Positions 51,452 to 61,706 of a DNA stretch of 64,000 nt are shown one piece after another (the first letter of the stretch is position 1; each line of letters begins with the position of its first letter). Source of the DNA: an uncultured Verrucomicrobiota bacterium (lineage in GTDB: Bacteria; Verrucomicrobiota; Kiritimatiellia; RFP12; UBA1067); assembly GCA_946533675.1 (NCBI GenBank), contig CAMNBZ010000001.1, positions 64,224 to 128,223 of the forward strand, read 5' to 3'. The notes below the pieces were generated by a model that was not told the DNA's origin, did no database searches, and worked only from the letters and a program-made list of their open reading frames with translations. Position numbers and translations under genes: made by a program.

Positions 51452-53914
51452 TCAGAACTCCTTTGCGCGGCGCGCGGTGTCTTCGGCATCGGCCTTGGCC
51501 TTCTCGCGCTGCTCCGCTTCCCTCTTCTTCGCCTCGTCGAATTTCTTCTTCGCCTCGATGAGCCGCTTCTTCGTGTCGAGCACCGCCGCGTTGTCGGGCA
51601 GGATCGACAGCGCCAGCTTGACGTTCACCGCCGCCTCCTTGAACTTCTGCATCTCGATCTGCACCATCGCGAGGTTGTTGTAGAACGCCGGCTGGTTCGG
51701 CGCGAGCGTGATGCACCGCGTCAGGTACTCCTCGGCGCGCGCGAAGTTCTTCGTGGTCGCGTAGTACATCGCCTCGGCGAAGTTCGAGTCCACGTCCTCG
51801 GGATGCGACTCGATGATCACGTCGGCGTAGATCTTCGCGGAATGGAAGTCGGCGCGCGACAGCGACAGCTGCAGGCCCTCGCGCGGCGTGATGCGCTGCT
51901 GCATCTGCATGTTGCGCTGCACCATCGACGCGAGCAGGCGCTGGTACTGGCCGTGAAGATCCTCCAGCTTCGTCGCCATCTCCGCATCGACGATCGCCTC
52001 CTCGGCGTGGCCCTCGAGGTCCAGCTTGTCGCCGCGGTAGCGGCACATCCGCGCCAGGCGCCACTGCACCGACTCGAACGCGCCCTTCACGCCGCGATCG
52101 CTGCACGCCTTGATGCCGCCCGCCGCGTAGATGGCGAGAATCCGCTCGACGAGCTCCTTGGCCTTCGCGAGGCCGCGCGCGCGAACCTCCGCGCTCTTCC
52201 AGCCCGCCGGGCGCGAGACGAAGCCGCCCATCGGCGGAATCGCCTTGCCGTCGCGCTTCCACAAGTCAAAACCCATCTGCGCGGCAATGTCGTCCAGCTT
52301 CATCGGCTTGTCGCGGATCCAGGACCGAAGGCCCATCGCGACGTCGATCGAAAAGCTCATCTTGTCCTCGCTGTCCGCGCCGATTTCGCCGCGCGTGCGC
52401 AGGTTTTCGCCGTACGTGCCGCCGCCGCCCATCAGCGAGAGGCAGTAGATCGGCCGCCCGCGGCGCACCGACTCCATCTCGATCGCCGTGTCGAGCCGCC
52501 CGTCCGTGACGAGATACTTCGCGTCCTCGCACTCGTCGAGCATGGCCGCGACCGTCTCGTTGACGATGCGCGCCATCTCGCGCGTCAGCTTCTTCGAGCG
52601 GCCCGGGACGAGCGCCACCAGCACGAGGCCGAGGAGGCCGAACTTGACGAGGAACTTGTTGAGCGCGATCATCTTCGGGCTGTAGCCTTCCAGCCGCTCG
52701 ATCGAATTTTCGTCGTCGTCGTCGATGAAGTGGCGCGCGTTCAGCGCATGGTCGCGGCAGAACGCGTCGTAGCCGAACACCGCCAGCGACATCGCGACCG
52801 TCACCGTGTTGAGCACAATGCCGAACGCATGGAAGTAGTCCGACGGCACCGGCACGTACGTCCAGAACCAGAGCGCGGAGATGCCGCAGCACTGGGTGAA
52901 CGCGAGGAGCCCGCAGACGACGAAGACGACGCCGACCGAATAGGTCAGGTTCTCCTCCTCGTCGGCCGCCGGCGGGAAGCGCAGCATCGAGACGACGCAC
53001 GGCACGAGGAAGACGCCGAACCAGAGCGCCAGCGCGCCCGGGGTGAAGGCCGCCGTGATGTCGCGCCAGTAGTTGAGCGCGTACTGGAGCGGCAGGTCGC
53101 CGCCGGAGAAGCCGTTCGCCTCCAGCCCGCCGCAGAGAACATAGCCCCAGCAGTTGAGCAGGATGCCGACCACGAACGCAAACACGTAGACCGCCGTCAT
53201 GTGCCACTTGCCGAGCGCCATGACCGCCGGCTTGAAGAGCGGCGACTGCATGTTCGGGATGCGCTTGACGACGGCGAGGTAGATGGCGATGGTCGCCACG
53301 AGGAGGAGCGGGCCCACCACCGTTTCCGCCGAGAGAAGGCCGAGCACGAACGACAGCAGGAGCGCATAGCGCATCTGGCCCTTGCGGAGGAAGACGAAGT
53401 AGAGCGAAATCGCCGCGACGGTCATCAGCAGAAGGACCATCGTCTCGCTGAAGAACTGCCCCGCCGCCCAGATCGGCTCGGACACGAGGAACGTCAGGGC
53501 CGCGAACGCTGCGGCCGCGCGCACGACGCCGATGCGCTTCTTCGAATGCTGCGGACGCGCGAGCATGACGAAGTGGAGCATCTCACGCACCGTCAGATAG
53601 ACCGCGCCGACGAGGAACGCGAGCGACGCCGTGCCGAGGATCTTCATGACCGACGGATCGGCGAACGTGTAGACCCACTTCGCGAAGAGCGTCCAGAAGC
53701 CCTTGACAATATGCGTCGCCGGACGCACGCCGCTCGCGACGGCGGAATCGGCCCAGGCCGTCGGCGGGATTCCGGGAATCCGCCACAGGTAGTTCATCCC
53801 GACCGCGACGGCCGCCAACAAGCCCGTGATAATCCAATCGCCCAGAACGATTCGTTCGTCCTGAGCGGTTGTCGTGTCAGCGGAGTTGTTTTTCGTCTCA
53901 ACAATCTGCGACAT
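51452..53914 (-). CDS. large multi-pass membrane protein with C-terminal TPR repeats
   Basis: Roughly 10+ TM helices in the N-terminal 450 aa. The C-terminal region has TPR-like AEAMYYATTKNFARAEEYLTRCITLAPNQPAFYNNLAMV. A GT-C/DUF2723-like assignment is only a guess. Confidence 0.6.
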   Translation of the reverse strand: MSQIVETKNNSADTTTAQDERIVLGDWIITGLLAAVAVGMNYLWRIPGIPPTAWADSAVASGVRPATHIVKGFWTLFAKWVYTFADPSVMKILGTASLAFLVGAVYLTVREMLHFVMLARPQHSKKRIGVVRAAAAFAALTFLVSEPIWAAGQFFSETMVLLLMTVAAISLYFVFLRKGQMRYALLLSFVLGLLSAETVVGPLLLVATIAIYLAVVKRIPNMQSPLFKPAVMALGKWHMTAVYVFAFVVGILLNCWGYVLCGGLEANGFSGGDLPLQYALNYWRDITAAFTPGALALWFGVFLVPCVVSMLRFPPAADEEENLTYSVGVVFVVCGLLAFTQCCGISALWFWTYVPVPSDYFHAFGIVLNTVTVAMSLAVFGYDAFCRDHALNARHFIDDDDENSIERLEGYSPKMIALNKFLVKFGLLGLVLVALVPGRSKKLTREMARIVNETVAAMLDECEDAKYLVTDGRLDTAIEMESVRRGRPIYCLSLMGGGGTYGENLRTRGEIGADSEDKMSFSIDVAMGLRSWIRDKPMKLDDIAAQMGFDLWKRDGKAIPPMGGFVSRPAGWKSAEVRARGLAKAKELVERILAIYAAGGIKACSDRGVKGAFESVQWRLARMCRYRGDKLDLEGHAEEAIVDAEMATKLEDLHGQYQRLLASMVQRNMQMQQRITPREGLQLSLSRADFHSAKIYADVIIESHPEDVDSNFAEAMYYATTKNFARAEEYLTRCITLAPNQPAFYNNLAMVQIEMQKFKEAAVNVKLALSILPDNAAVLDTKKRLIEAKKKFDEAKKREAEQREKAKADAEDTARRAKEF

Positions 53915-53925
53915 TTAATCCTCCA

Positions 53926-54402
53926 TCAAACTTCTTTCTTGCGCTTAAGTCCGAGCATGGCAAAGCCCATCAGAAGCAGCAACCCGCTCGTCGGCTCCGG
54001 GGTAGCGACGACAGCAGAACCATTAAATGCCATGGCAATTGACGCAGCGTTGATGGCGGAGGATGTAATAGCGCCCGTTCCCACCAGATCGCTATATGTC
54101 ATCCCAGTCGAGGCCACATGACTATGTTCATAATCATTATACTTGTAAACCTCTATAAAGAAAGACAGATTATTTTTCTCAAGCGCACTAATGTCAACTG
54201 AAGAGGAACCCGGTGTTTTAATCGTTGTTCCAATTGCAGTAGCTGAAACACCAGAATCATAAGTATAATAAAGATTCGCCGTGTCGTAATCGGTACCTGA
54301 TGTTTTGCCATCAAATGTAGACCCGACCGTCCAGTTCAGATATTCAGCCTTAGCAACGATAGTAATCATCGCAACGGCCAAACTAAGAATTATTTTTTTC
54401 AT
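53926..54402 (-). CDS. PEP-CTERM sorting-domain protein (AT-rich gene)
   Basis: MKKIILSLAVAMITIVAKA signal peptide. C-terminal TPEPTSGLLLLMGFAMLGLKRKKEV. Confidence 0.85.
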   Translation of the reverse strand: MKKIILSLAVAMITIVAKAEYLNWTVGSTFDGKTSGTDYDTANLYYTYDSGVSATAIGTTIKTPGSSSVDISALEKNNLSFFIEVYKYNDYEHSHVASTGMTYSDLVGTGAITSSAINAASIAMAFNGSAVVATPEPTSGLLLLMGFAMLGLKRKKEV

Positions 54403-54445
54403 TGTTTTTCCTTTTAAACTCAATTTATGGGACATCAAATTAGAA

Positions 54446-55237
54446 TCATTTCCATTTGATAGTTATATTGTCCGTATTCCTGCGAATATACCATGCACCC
54501 GTACCAATCGGTATTTCGACACCTGTCGTAATCCGTTCAGGTGGCCTGCCCGCCCCAAGCTTATACCACATATTTTCACCATTTACATCACCATAGGTGT
54601 AAGAATCTCCGCCAAAAACAAGAATCTGGTCGCCGTCCATGGAGACACCGTCCGCTTTTTCATAAATTAAATCTTTATTCAAATCACAAGGCGCAGCCTT
54701 AGGAGGTGCAATCAGCGTCGAGTGGGTCTTGCCCAAATGCGCGAATTTCGCTTCTTCCGCCGTCAACCCGTAAACCGTCGTCGTTGCAGTTGCATCCGAA
54801 TACTGGCCGCTGAGATAGACAGGCTTATTGTTCGCGCCTGCCGCCTTCAGAACCAGAATCGCCGCCTGACCACGAGCAATCGTGTCAGCAGCAGTTGCGT
54901 TAAGACGCGAAATTTCATCGCCAGAAATCACAACTGTATTTTCTGGCTCCCAATTGCCATTACCATCCGCTTGCCAAACCTTATACCCCTTCGCACTTGC
55001 ATCATAGATATACAGAGCATCGCCACTAGCACGACCCGTCGCAAGAACAAAATCTGTAACCTTAATGGCAGCATCTTCTGTTCCAACCGCCGCCCACGGG
55101 ACAGGAATGACAACTTCCGTCGTCGTCGCGCCAACATCAATCTTCAGAACACCGAACGTGTTGGAACTTTCAACCGAGGTCGCAAAAGCGGCGACGGAGG
55201 CGATCAGCGCGCAAGCCGTAACAATCTGCTTTTTCAT
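54446..55237 (-). CDS. secreted hypothetical protein resembling the C-terminal module of 31887..34922
   Basis: MKKQIVTACALIASVAAFA signal peptide. KVWQADGNGNWEP and the ..GTGAWYIRR tail parallel KVWSK..AWEP and ..GTGVWFVNG. Confidence 0.65.
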   Translation of the reverse strand: MKKQIVTACALIASVAAFATSVESSNTFGVLKIDVGATTTEVVIPVPWAAVGTEDAAIKVTDFVLATGRASGDALYIYDASAKGYKVWQADGNGNWEPENTVVISGDEISRLNATAADTIARGQAAILVLKAAGANNKPVYLSGQYSDATATTTVYGLTAEEAKFAHLGKTHSTLIAPPKAAPCDLNKDLIYEKADGVSMDGDQILVFGGDSYTYGDVNGENMWYKLGAGRPPERITTGVEIPIGTGAWYIRRNTDNITIKWK

Positions 55238-55256
55238 GATTTCAATTCCTTTCAAA

Positions 55257-55994
55257 TTATTCGTTGACGAGCGGCTGGCGAACGACCTTGAAGAAGTTCG
55301 CATCCTTCTTGCTGATGACAAAGGTCACGACGCCACCAGCCTTACCCTGCATCGGCTGACCGCCCAGCGTCTTGATCTGATCGACCGTCGCGCCCTTCTT
55401 GACATTATACTTCAAATAGGGAACCATGTTGCCGACGGTAATGATCGCGTTTTCGTCGTCGAAATCAAGATCCACAATCGTCGGGTTCGGCACGTCCGCG
55501 ACATCCGTCACGGCGTAGTCCGTGCTCGTCGCCACATCTGTCTTGGAGACGATCGTGCCGTTGCCGGCCGCCGCCGCCGAGACGACCGCGGTCGACCCGT
55601 TCACGCCGCTCGTCGCGAGCGCCGCGCTCGACGCCGCCGGCTTGCCAGAGGCATCGCGCGTATCGAGGAGGTAGACGAAGAAGTAGCCGCCCGAAACGTA
55701 GTCTGAGCTGACCTCAAAGACCGTCGTGGGGCAGCGCCCGCCCTTCGCGAGCGGAATCTTCGCGAGGACTTTTTCTTTCGCGTTCACGGCCGTGCCCTGC
55801 GCCGTCAGGCCGTCGAACGCGTTATCCGCGCTCCAGCACAGCGCATAGAACTCGCCGTCCTTCACGGCCGTTCCATCGGCGTAATAATCGGCAGTAGTGG
55901 AAAAAGTGATGATCGCATCATCCTGGTTGGCCAGTGCGGCACCACACAGAACGGCCGCAGCAGCGGTCGAGAGATATTTGACTACGCTTTTCAT
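55257..55994 (-). CDS. secreted hypothetical protein, paralog of 30580..31287
   Basis: IITFSTTADYYADG..GEFYALCWS..LAKGGRCPTTVFEV..VYLLDTR. Confidence 0.7.
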   Translation of the reverse strand: MKSVVKYLSTAAAAVLCGAALANQDDAIITFSTTADYYADGTAVKDGEFYALCWSADNAFDGLTAQGTAVNAKEKVLAKIPLAKGGRCPTTVFEVSSDYVSGGYFFVYLLDTRDASGKPAASSAALATSGVNGSTAVVSAAAAGNGTIVSKTDVATSTDYAVTDVADVPNPTIVDLDFDDENAIITVGNMVPYLKYNVKKGATVDQIKTLGGQPMQGKAGGVVTFVISKKDANFFKVVRQPLVNE

Positions 55995-56113
55995 ATTCCG
56001 TTCCTTTCTTCTCCCATGTTTGCAAATATTATAGCATACTTTCCGCGTCACCCGCAAGGGGGAGAATTTTTATTTTTTGCCCCGGAATTCTAGACCGCTC
56101 GCGCAGCGAGCGG

Positions 56114-57160
56114 TCAGTCCTGCAAGAGGGACGAGGCGCGACGGCGGGTGGTGGCGTTGACGAGCCGCTGCAGCTCCTTCGCCGGCGTGACGATGTTCTG
56201 CCCGCCCGGCTCCATCCCCAGCTTGCGCAACGCATCGTGATACTTCGCGCCGGCCTTCTCCAGCGCCTTGCCCACCTCGTCGAGCGCCGCGAACGCCGCG
56301 TCCATGCGGTCGAGCAGCTGGTTCGCGCGCTGCACGATCTCGGCGTTGTTGCGGTCCGCCTGGAGCCGGTCGAGCCCCATCTTGAAGAGCACGAGATACC
56401 CGAAGAGCATCTGCGGCGTCGCCAGGACGACGCGCTGCGCGTTCGCGTACGCCACGAGCGCCGGATCGGCCGAGACCGCCGCCGCGTACGTCGCCTCGCT
56501 CGGCAGGAACATGATGACGACGGGCGCGTACTCCCGCGCCGGATCGGCCGCGCGCATCTTCGCGGGGTAGTCGCGCGCCGCGAGCGACGCCACCTGCGCG
56601 CGCACCGACTTCGCGTGCGCCTTCATCCGCCGCTCCGCCTCCGCCGCGTCGCCCGCTTTGGCCGCGTTGGACGCGGCGATGAACTCGCCGATGTTCACCT
56701 TGCTGTCGATCAGGATGCGGCGGCTCGTCCCGTCGAAGACCGTCACGTCCGGCAGGCCCGCCTCGCGCGAGCCCGTCTGCACCTCGAAGTTCTCGCCCTC
56801 CTTCAGGCCCGCCTCCTCCAGCACCTGCGTCAGGATCCCTTCGCCCCAGTTGCCCTGGATCTTGCTGCCGCCGCGCAGCGCGGCGACGAACTCCTCCGCC
56901 TGCCGCCCGAGGCTGCTCGCCTTCTCGCCCACGTCGTCCAGCCGCGCGCGCAGCGTCGCGCCGAGCCGCGCGTTCTCCAGCTGCGTGCGCTCCGCCGCCG
57001 TCCGGAGCGTCTCGAGGTCGGCGCGCAGGACGGCGAGCCCCTGCGCCGACACCGCCTGCGCGCGACTGCGCTCCGCCGCGACCATCAGCCGCGCGCACAC
57101 GACGGCCGCGACCGCGACCGCCACCGCCGCGACGAGCACGACGATCAGCACAACATTCAT
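56114..57160 (-). CDS. rmuC: DNA recombination protein RmuC
   Basis: N-terminal TM helix plus coiled coil, then GNWGEGILTQVLE..LIDSKV..VIMFLPSE..VVLATPQMLF. Confidence 0.85.
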   Translation of the reverse strand: MNVVLIVVLVAAVAVAVAAVVCARLMVAAERSRAQAVSAQGLAVLRADLETLRTAAERTQLENARLGATLRARLDDVGEKASSLGRQAEEFVAALRGGSKIQGNWGEGILTQVLEEAGLKEGENFEVQTGSREAGLPDVTVFDGTSRRILIDSKVNIGEFIAASNAAKAGDAAEAERRMKAHAKSVRAQVASLAARDYPAKMRAADPAREYAPVVIMFLPSEATYAAAVSADPALVAYANAQRVVLATPQMLFGYLVLFKMGLDRLQADRNNAEIVQRANQLLDRMDAAFAALDEVGKALEKAGAKYHDALRKLGMEPGGQNIVTPAKELQRLVNATTRRRASSLLQD

Positions 57161-58005
57161 TCTGCACCTTCCTTTCCTTCCGCCGCCGCACGCACGTCCG
57201 GCGGCAGCGTTTCGTTCAGGCTGCCCGTGCGGTAGCCCGTCAGATCAAGTGCGACAGCGGCGAAGCCCGCGCGCCGCAGCGCCGCCGCGATCTCCGCGCG
57301 CCGCGCCGCCACCGCGTCGAAATCGGCCGGCGGCACCTCGATGCGCGCCATGTCGCCGTGCGACCGGACGCGCACCTGCGCGAGGCCCGGCACGTGCGTG
57401 AGCAGATACTGCTCGGCGTCCGCCACGCGCGTCAGGCCCGCGGCGGTGATCGTCTCGCCATACGGGAAGCGCGAGGCGAGGCACGCGAAACTTGGCTTGC
57501 GCCACGTCGGCAGCCCGCGCGCGCGCGACAGCCGCCGCACGTCGTCCTTGGCGAGCCCCGCGTCGCGCAGCGGGCTCGCGACGCCCAGCTCGCGGATCGC
57601 GCGCCTCCCGGGGCGGTAGTCGCCGTCGTCGTCCGTGTTCGAGCCTTCGACGACCTGCGCGAGGCCGTTCGCGCGCGCGAACGCGATCATCCGGGCAAAG
57701 AGCGCCTTCTTGCAGCGATAGCAGCGGTCGGGCGGATTCGCGGCAAAGCCGTCGACGGCGAGCGCGTCAAAGTCGAGGATTTCGTGGCGGATGGCGTGGT
57801 CGCGGCAGAACTGCCGCGCGTCGTCCAGCTCGCGTGCCGGGAACGTCGCCGAACGCGCCGTGACCGCCACCGCCCGGTCGCCCAGCACGTCGTGCGCGAC
57901 GGCGAGCAGAAAGGTGGAATCGACGCCACCCGAAAACGCGACGGCGACGGAGCCCGCCGCCGCCAGGTTGCGCCGGAGCGCATCGAGCTGTCCGTCAGCG
58001 GCCAT
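57157..58005 (-). CDS. PP-loop ATPase, LarE-like ATP-dependent sulfur transferase (TIGR00268-type)
   Basis: VAVAFSGGVDSTFLL, CYRCKKALF, FACLASRFPYGE. Confidence 0.7.
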   Translation of the reverse strand: MAADGQLDALRRNLAAAGSVAVAFSGGVDSTFLLAVAHDVLGDRAVAVTARSATFPARELDDARQFCRDHAIRHEILDFDALAVDGFAANPPDRCYRCKKALFARMIAFARANGLAQVVEGSNTDDDGDYRPGRRAIRELGVASPLRDAGLAKDDVRRLSRARGLPTWRKPSFACLASRFPYGETITAAGLTRVADAEQYLLTHVPGLAQVRVRSHGDMARIEVPPADFDAVAARRAEIAAALRRAGFAAVALDLTGYRTGSLNETLPPDVRAAAEGKEGAE

Positions 58006-58609
58006 CCGCCAGCGCCTTGAGCCGGACCATCGCCGCATACGGATCGTCGGCGGCGCAGACGGCGCGCACGACGGCGAAGTTGCGCGCGCCCGCGCGGACG
58101 AGCTCCTCGGCGCGCGCGAAGTCGATACCGCCGATCGCCACCGCCGGGAACGGCACGGAACGGATCATCTCAAGCGCCGTCGCCACGCCGAGCGTCGGGT
58201 CGGGGATGTCCTTTGTCGGCGTCGCCCACACGGGCCCGACGCCGATGTAGTCGGGTTTCTGCGGAATCGCGGCCAGCGCCTGCGCGGGGCTGTGCGTCGA
58301 CAGGCCCACGATTCCAAGCGACGGGAAGCGCGCGCGCACCTCGGCGACGGACATGTCGTCCTGTCCGACGTGCACGCCGTCCGCGCCGACCTCCGCCGCG
58401 ATGGACGGATCGTCATTGACGATGAAGCGCGTCGCCGTGCCGCGCGTCACCGCGCGCACCGCACGCGCCGCGCGGACGATGTCCTCGCGCGCCGCGTGCT
58501 TCATCCGCAGCTGAATGATGCCGACGCCCGCCCTGACCGCGGCCGCCGCGCACTCGGCGTAGCCGACGCGCGGGTTGGTCATGACGAGATAGAAGCCGAA
58601 GTCGGTCAT
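57995..58609 (-). CDS. thiE: thiamine-phosphate synthase
   Basis: [55 protein letters not shown]-coupled to the thi4 stop. Confidence 0.9.
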   Translation of the reverse strand: MTDFGFYLVMTNPRVGYAECAAAAVRAGVGIIQLRMKHAAREDIVRAARAVRAVTRGTATRFIVNDDPSIAAEVGADGVHVGQDDMSVAEVRARFPSLGIVGLSTHSPAQALAAIPQKPDYIGVGPVWATPTKDIPDPTLGVATALEMIRSVPFPAVAIGGIDFARAEELVRAGARNFAVVRAVCAADDPYAAMVRLKALADGR

Positions 58610-59397
58610 TTGCCGAGGTCGGCCTTGACGATTTCGGCGATCTTGCGGCCGGACTTCAGCATGCCGCCGAAGATCGGGCCCATGCGGAAGCCGCCCTGCA
58701 CGTTGTTCGCCGCCATGCCCGAGGCGTAGAGGCCGGGGTAGAGGCGCTTCGTGTTCATGACCGTCGTGCGCTCGCCGTCGGCCATCCACATCGGCTTCTC
58801 GCCGAGGATGCCGCCCGTCGGGGAATCGACCTTGACGCCCGCCTTGTTCACGGCCTTGTTGATGATCTCGCTCGGGTGGCCCGTGCCGTCGATGAGCGCG
58901 CGGCTCGTGACGACGATCGGGTCGACGTGCATCTCAAGGCGCGCGACCGGGTTCCAGTTGATGACGACGCCCGAGACGACGCCGTCGTGCATGACGATGT
59001 CCTCGACCTTGACGGTGTTGAAGATGACCGCGCCCGCGCGGCGCGCGCCGAAGATGAGGCCCGAGGCCATCTCGACCGAATCGACCGTATGGTAGTTCGC
59101 GTCGTAGGGCCGCGTCGCGATGCCGAACTCGTGCAGGATCTCCGCCGCGTCGTTCTGGACCGTCACCTCGTTGAAGAGCATGCCGCCGCCCCACGTGCCG
59201 CCGCCGGGCGCGAGCTTCGACTCGTACACCGCCACCTTCAGCCCGGCCTTCGCGAGATCGTGCGCCGCCACGAGGCCCGACGGGCCCGCGCCCACGATCG
59301 CCACATCCACCGCGAGGTAGGACTCCAGCTTCTCGAAATACCGGCGCACGATCGCGCCGGAGATCGTCTCTTCCATCACTTCTGGCTTTTCGCTCAT
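58606..59397 (-). CDS. thi4: Thi4-family thiazole synthase
   Basis: [52 protein letters not shown]. Confidence 0.85.
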   Translation of the reverse strand: MSEKPEVMEETISGAIVRRYFEKLESYLAVDVAIVGAGPSGLVAAHDLAKAGLKVAVYESKLAPGGGTWGGGMLFNEVTVQNDAAEILHEFGIATRPYDANYHTVDSVEMASGLIFGARRAGAVIFNTVKVEDIVMHDGVVSGVVINWNPVARLEMHVDPIVVTSRALIDGTGHPSEIINKAVNKAGVKVDSPTGGILGEKPMWMADGERTTVMNTKRLYPGLYASGMAANNVQGGFRMGPIFGGMLKSGRKIAEIVKADLGK

Positions 59398-59431
59398 CTG
59401 TTCATTCCTTTTGCTGTTGCGTTTTCGTTTG

Positions 59432-59461
59432 TGATCAAGCTAGTCTATGATCAAGCTAGTC
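59432..59461. repeat. 14-bp direct repeat tgatcaagctagtc x2 (16-bp period) between the parC-like stop and thi4
   Basis: 59432-59445 and 59448-59461 are identical. On the minus strand the stretch contains TTGATCATAGACT, a possible -10. Confidence 0.8.
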
Positions 59462-61660
59462 CAGGATGCCCTTCGACGGCGGCTCGGCCTCGTCCCACCA
59501 CGACCCCTTCGACGCGGCGATGCGCGCGATCGGCTTCGTCGTCAGCTGCTTGCCCTTCGTCGACGCGGCGCGGATCGGCACCACGTCCTGCGGCTCGGAC
59601 TTGCCCGTCTCGAGATTGGTGCGCGCAACCTGCTCCTTCGGCAGGAAGTACTGCTGGTGGATGCGCTGGTTCTTCGCCGGTTTGAACTTGACGTAGATCG
59701 TGTCGGGGCAGCCCGCCTGGAAGAAGAGGATGCGCGACTTCGGCTTCTCGGGCGCGAGGCGGTAGTCCTTGTTGCGGATCAGCCCGCCGAAGCGGAAGCG
59801 CTTGATGTAGCTGAACTTGTAGCCGCCGTCCTCGTAGACGGCCGTGAAGTCGCGCTCGCGGTCCTTCTCCTGGTCGTAGCGCAGGACGGCCAGCAGGTCC
59901 TTGTCGACGAAAATCTTCTCCTCGGGCTGGACCTTGCGGAACCTGCCGTCGCGCCAGACGAGGATCAGCTCGTCGAGCGACGAGCACTTGAAGAGCTCCT
60001 CGCCGCTGCGCAGGCCGGAGCCGACATAGTTGTTCTCCCTGTCCCACCTGACCGTCAGCTCGCTCGCCGTGATCGCGCGCACGTCCACCTGCTTGAACGC
60101 GCCCGACTCGACCTTCGTGCAGCGCGGATACTTCTTCGCGTAGTCCTTGATCAGCCCCTTGAGGTACTTCACCACGAACGCGCGCAGATGCGCCAGGTTG
60201 TCGCGCACCTGCGCCTCCTCCTTCAGGATGCCGTCGATCTCCTCGCGGTTCTTGTCGATGTCGAACTGCGAGATGCGGCGGATCTGGAGCTTCAGGAGGC
60301 GCTCGATGTCCTCGTCCGTCAGGCCCCGGCGCAGCTCCTTCAGGAACGGCTGGAAGCCGGTGACGATGGCGGCCTTGACGCCGTCCATCGTCTTTTCGGA
60401 CTCGATGCGCTTGTAGATGCGCTCCTCGATGAAGATGCGGTCGAGCGTGCGCGCGTGGAAGAGGTCGTCGAGCTCGCCGAGGCGGATTTCCTGCTCCTTC
60501 TTCGTCAGCTCCATGAGCCGGTCGACGTTGCACTTCAGGATCTGCGAAACCGTCATCAGCTTCGGCCGCCCCGCCTCCAGCACGATGGGGCGCGACGAGA
60601 TCGACTTCTCGCACGTGGTGAACGCATAGAGCGCGACGATCGTCTTCTCCGGGCTCGCGCCCGTCTGGAGCTCCAGCTCGATGCGCACCGTCTCGCTCGT
60701 CAGGTCGTGGATCTTGCGGACGGGCACCTTCTTCTTCTTAATGGCGTCCTCGATGGACGCGGAGAGGCTGTCCGTCGTCTCGCCCCACGGCAGTTCCGTG
60801 ATGACGAGCTTCGTCTTGTCCTCCTTCTCGATCTTCGCGCGGATCTTGACCTTGCCGAGGCCGTCCTGGTAGTCGCTGACGTCCATCACGCCGCCGAGCT
60901 GGAAGTCGGGGTAGAGCGCGAAGGGCTTCTTCTGGAGAAGCGCGATCTCGGCTTCGAGCAGCTCGATGAAGTTGTGCGGCAGGATCGCCGTCGACAGCCC
61001 CACCGCGATGCCGTCCGCGCCCATCATCAGCAGGAGCGGGATCTTCGCGGGCAGATAGACGGGCTCTTCCTTGCGGCCGTCGTAGTTCGGCACGAACGCG
61101 GTCGTCTTCCGGTTGAAGACCTCCTTGCGCGCGAGCTCCGTCAGGCGGCATTCGATGTAGCGCGTCGCCGCGTGCGGCATGCCGGTGTAGAGCGAGCCGT
61201 AGTTGCCCTGGCCGTCGATGAGATAGCCCTTGCCTTCGCCCCACAGCTTGTTGGCGAGGACCACGATCGCGTCGCCGATCGACGCATCGCCGTGCGGGTG
61301 GTACTGCATCGCGTGGCCGACGATGTTCGCGACCTTGGTGTAGCGCCCGTCGTCCTTCTCCCAGAGCGAATGCAGGATGCGCCGCTGCACGGGCTTGAGG
61401 CCGTCCTCCACCGCCGGGATCGCGCGCGAGCAGATGACGTACGCCGAATACTGGCGGAAGTTGAAGTCGTAGAGGTCGCGCATCGGGCCCGTGCCCGTCA
61501 GGCCGCTCTTGGGCATCACCGGTTCGGGGGCTTCGCTTTTCTTCGGTTCGCGCGGTTCGGCGGCCGGCTCCGCCGGAGGCGCCGCAAACAGATCAAGGTT
61601 GTCAAACAGACTCGGCGGCTCCGCGCCCTTCTTCTTGCTGCTGTCGTTTTTCTTTGCCAT
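59456..61660 (-). CDS. parC: type IIA topoisomerase subunit A (ParC/GyrA family, ParC-like length)
   Basis: YSAYVICSRAIPAVEDGLKPVQRRILHSL..QYHPHGDASIGDAIV..YIECRLT. 734 aa from ATG 61658-61660. Confidence 0.8.
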   Translation of the reverse strand: MAKKNDSSKKKGAEPPSLFDNLDLFAAPPAEPAAEPREPKKSEAPEPVMPKSGLTGTGPMRDLYDFNFRQYSAYVICSRAIPAVEDGLKPVQRRILHSLWEKDDGRYTKVANIVGHAMQYHPHGDASIGDAIVVLANKLWGEGKGYLIDGQGNYGSLYTGMPHAATRYIECRLTELARKEVFNRKTTAFVPNYDGRKEEPVYLPAKIPLLLMMGADGIAVGLSTAILPHNFIELLEAEIALLQKKPFALYPDFQLGGVMDVSDYQDGLGKVKIRAKIEKEDKTKLVITELPWGETTDSLSASIEDAIKKKKVPVRKIHDLTSETVRIELELQTGASPEKTIVALYAFTTCEKSISSRPIVLEAGRPKLMTVSQILKCNVDRLMELTKKEQEIRLGELDDLFHARTLDRIFIEERIYKRIESEKTMDGVKAAIVTGFQPFLKELRRGLTDEDIERLLKLQIRRISQFDIDKNREEIDGILKEEAQVRDNLAHLRAFVVKYLKGLIKDYAKKYPRCTKVESGAFKQVDVRAITASELTVRWDRENNYVGSGLRSGEELFKCSSLDELILVWRDGRFRKVQPEEKIFVDKDLLAVLRYDQEKDRERDFTAVYEDGGYKFSYIKRFRFGGLIRNKDYRLAPEKPKSRILFFQAGCPDTIYVKFKPAKNQRIHQQYFLPKEQVARTNLETGKSEPQDVVPIRAASTKGKQLTTKPIARIAASKGSWWDEAEPPSKGILD

Positions 61661-61706
61661 TCTTATGCAACCATCCGCGGAAAACTGCACGCGGCCACAA
61701 AAAAAC

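Noticed and set aside
56093-56115. 9-bp stem GACCGCTCG-cgcag-CGAGCGGTC overlapping the rmuC stop, considered as a terminator.
   Set aside because: On the transcribed (minus) strand it is followed by an A-rich tract and not a U-rich one. It may still pause transcription, but it is not a canonical intrinsic terminator.
59398-59455. Expected a TPP riboswitch upstream of thi4.
   Set aside because: Only 58 nt of intergenic sequence are available, and I could see no THI-box core (..CUGAGA..ACCUGA..). A covariance-model scan would be needed to be certain.
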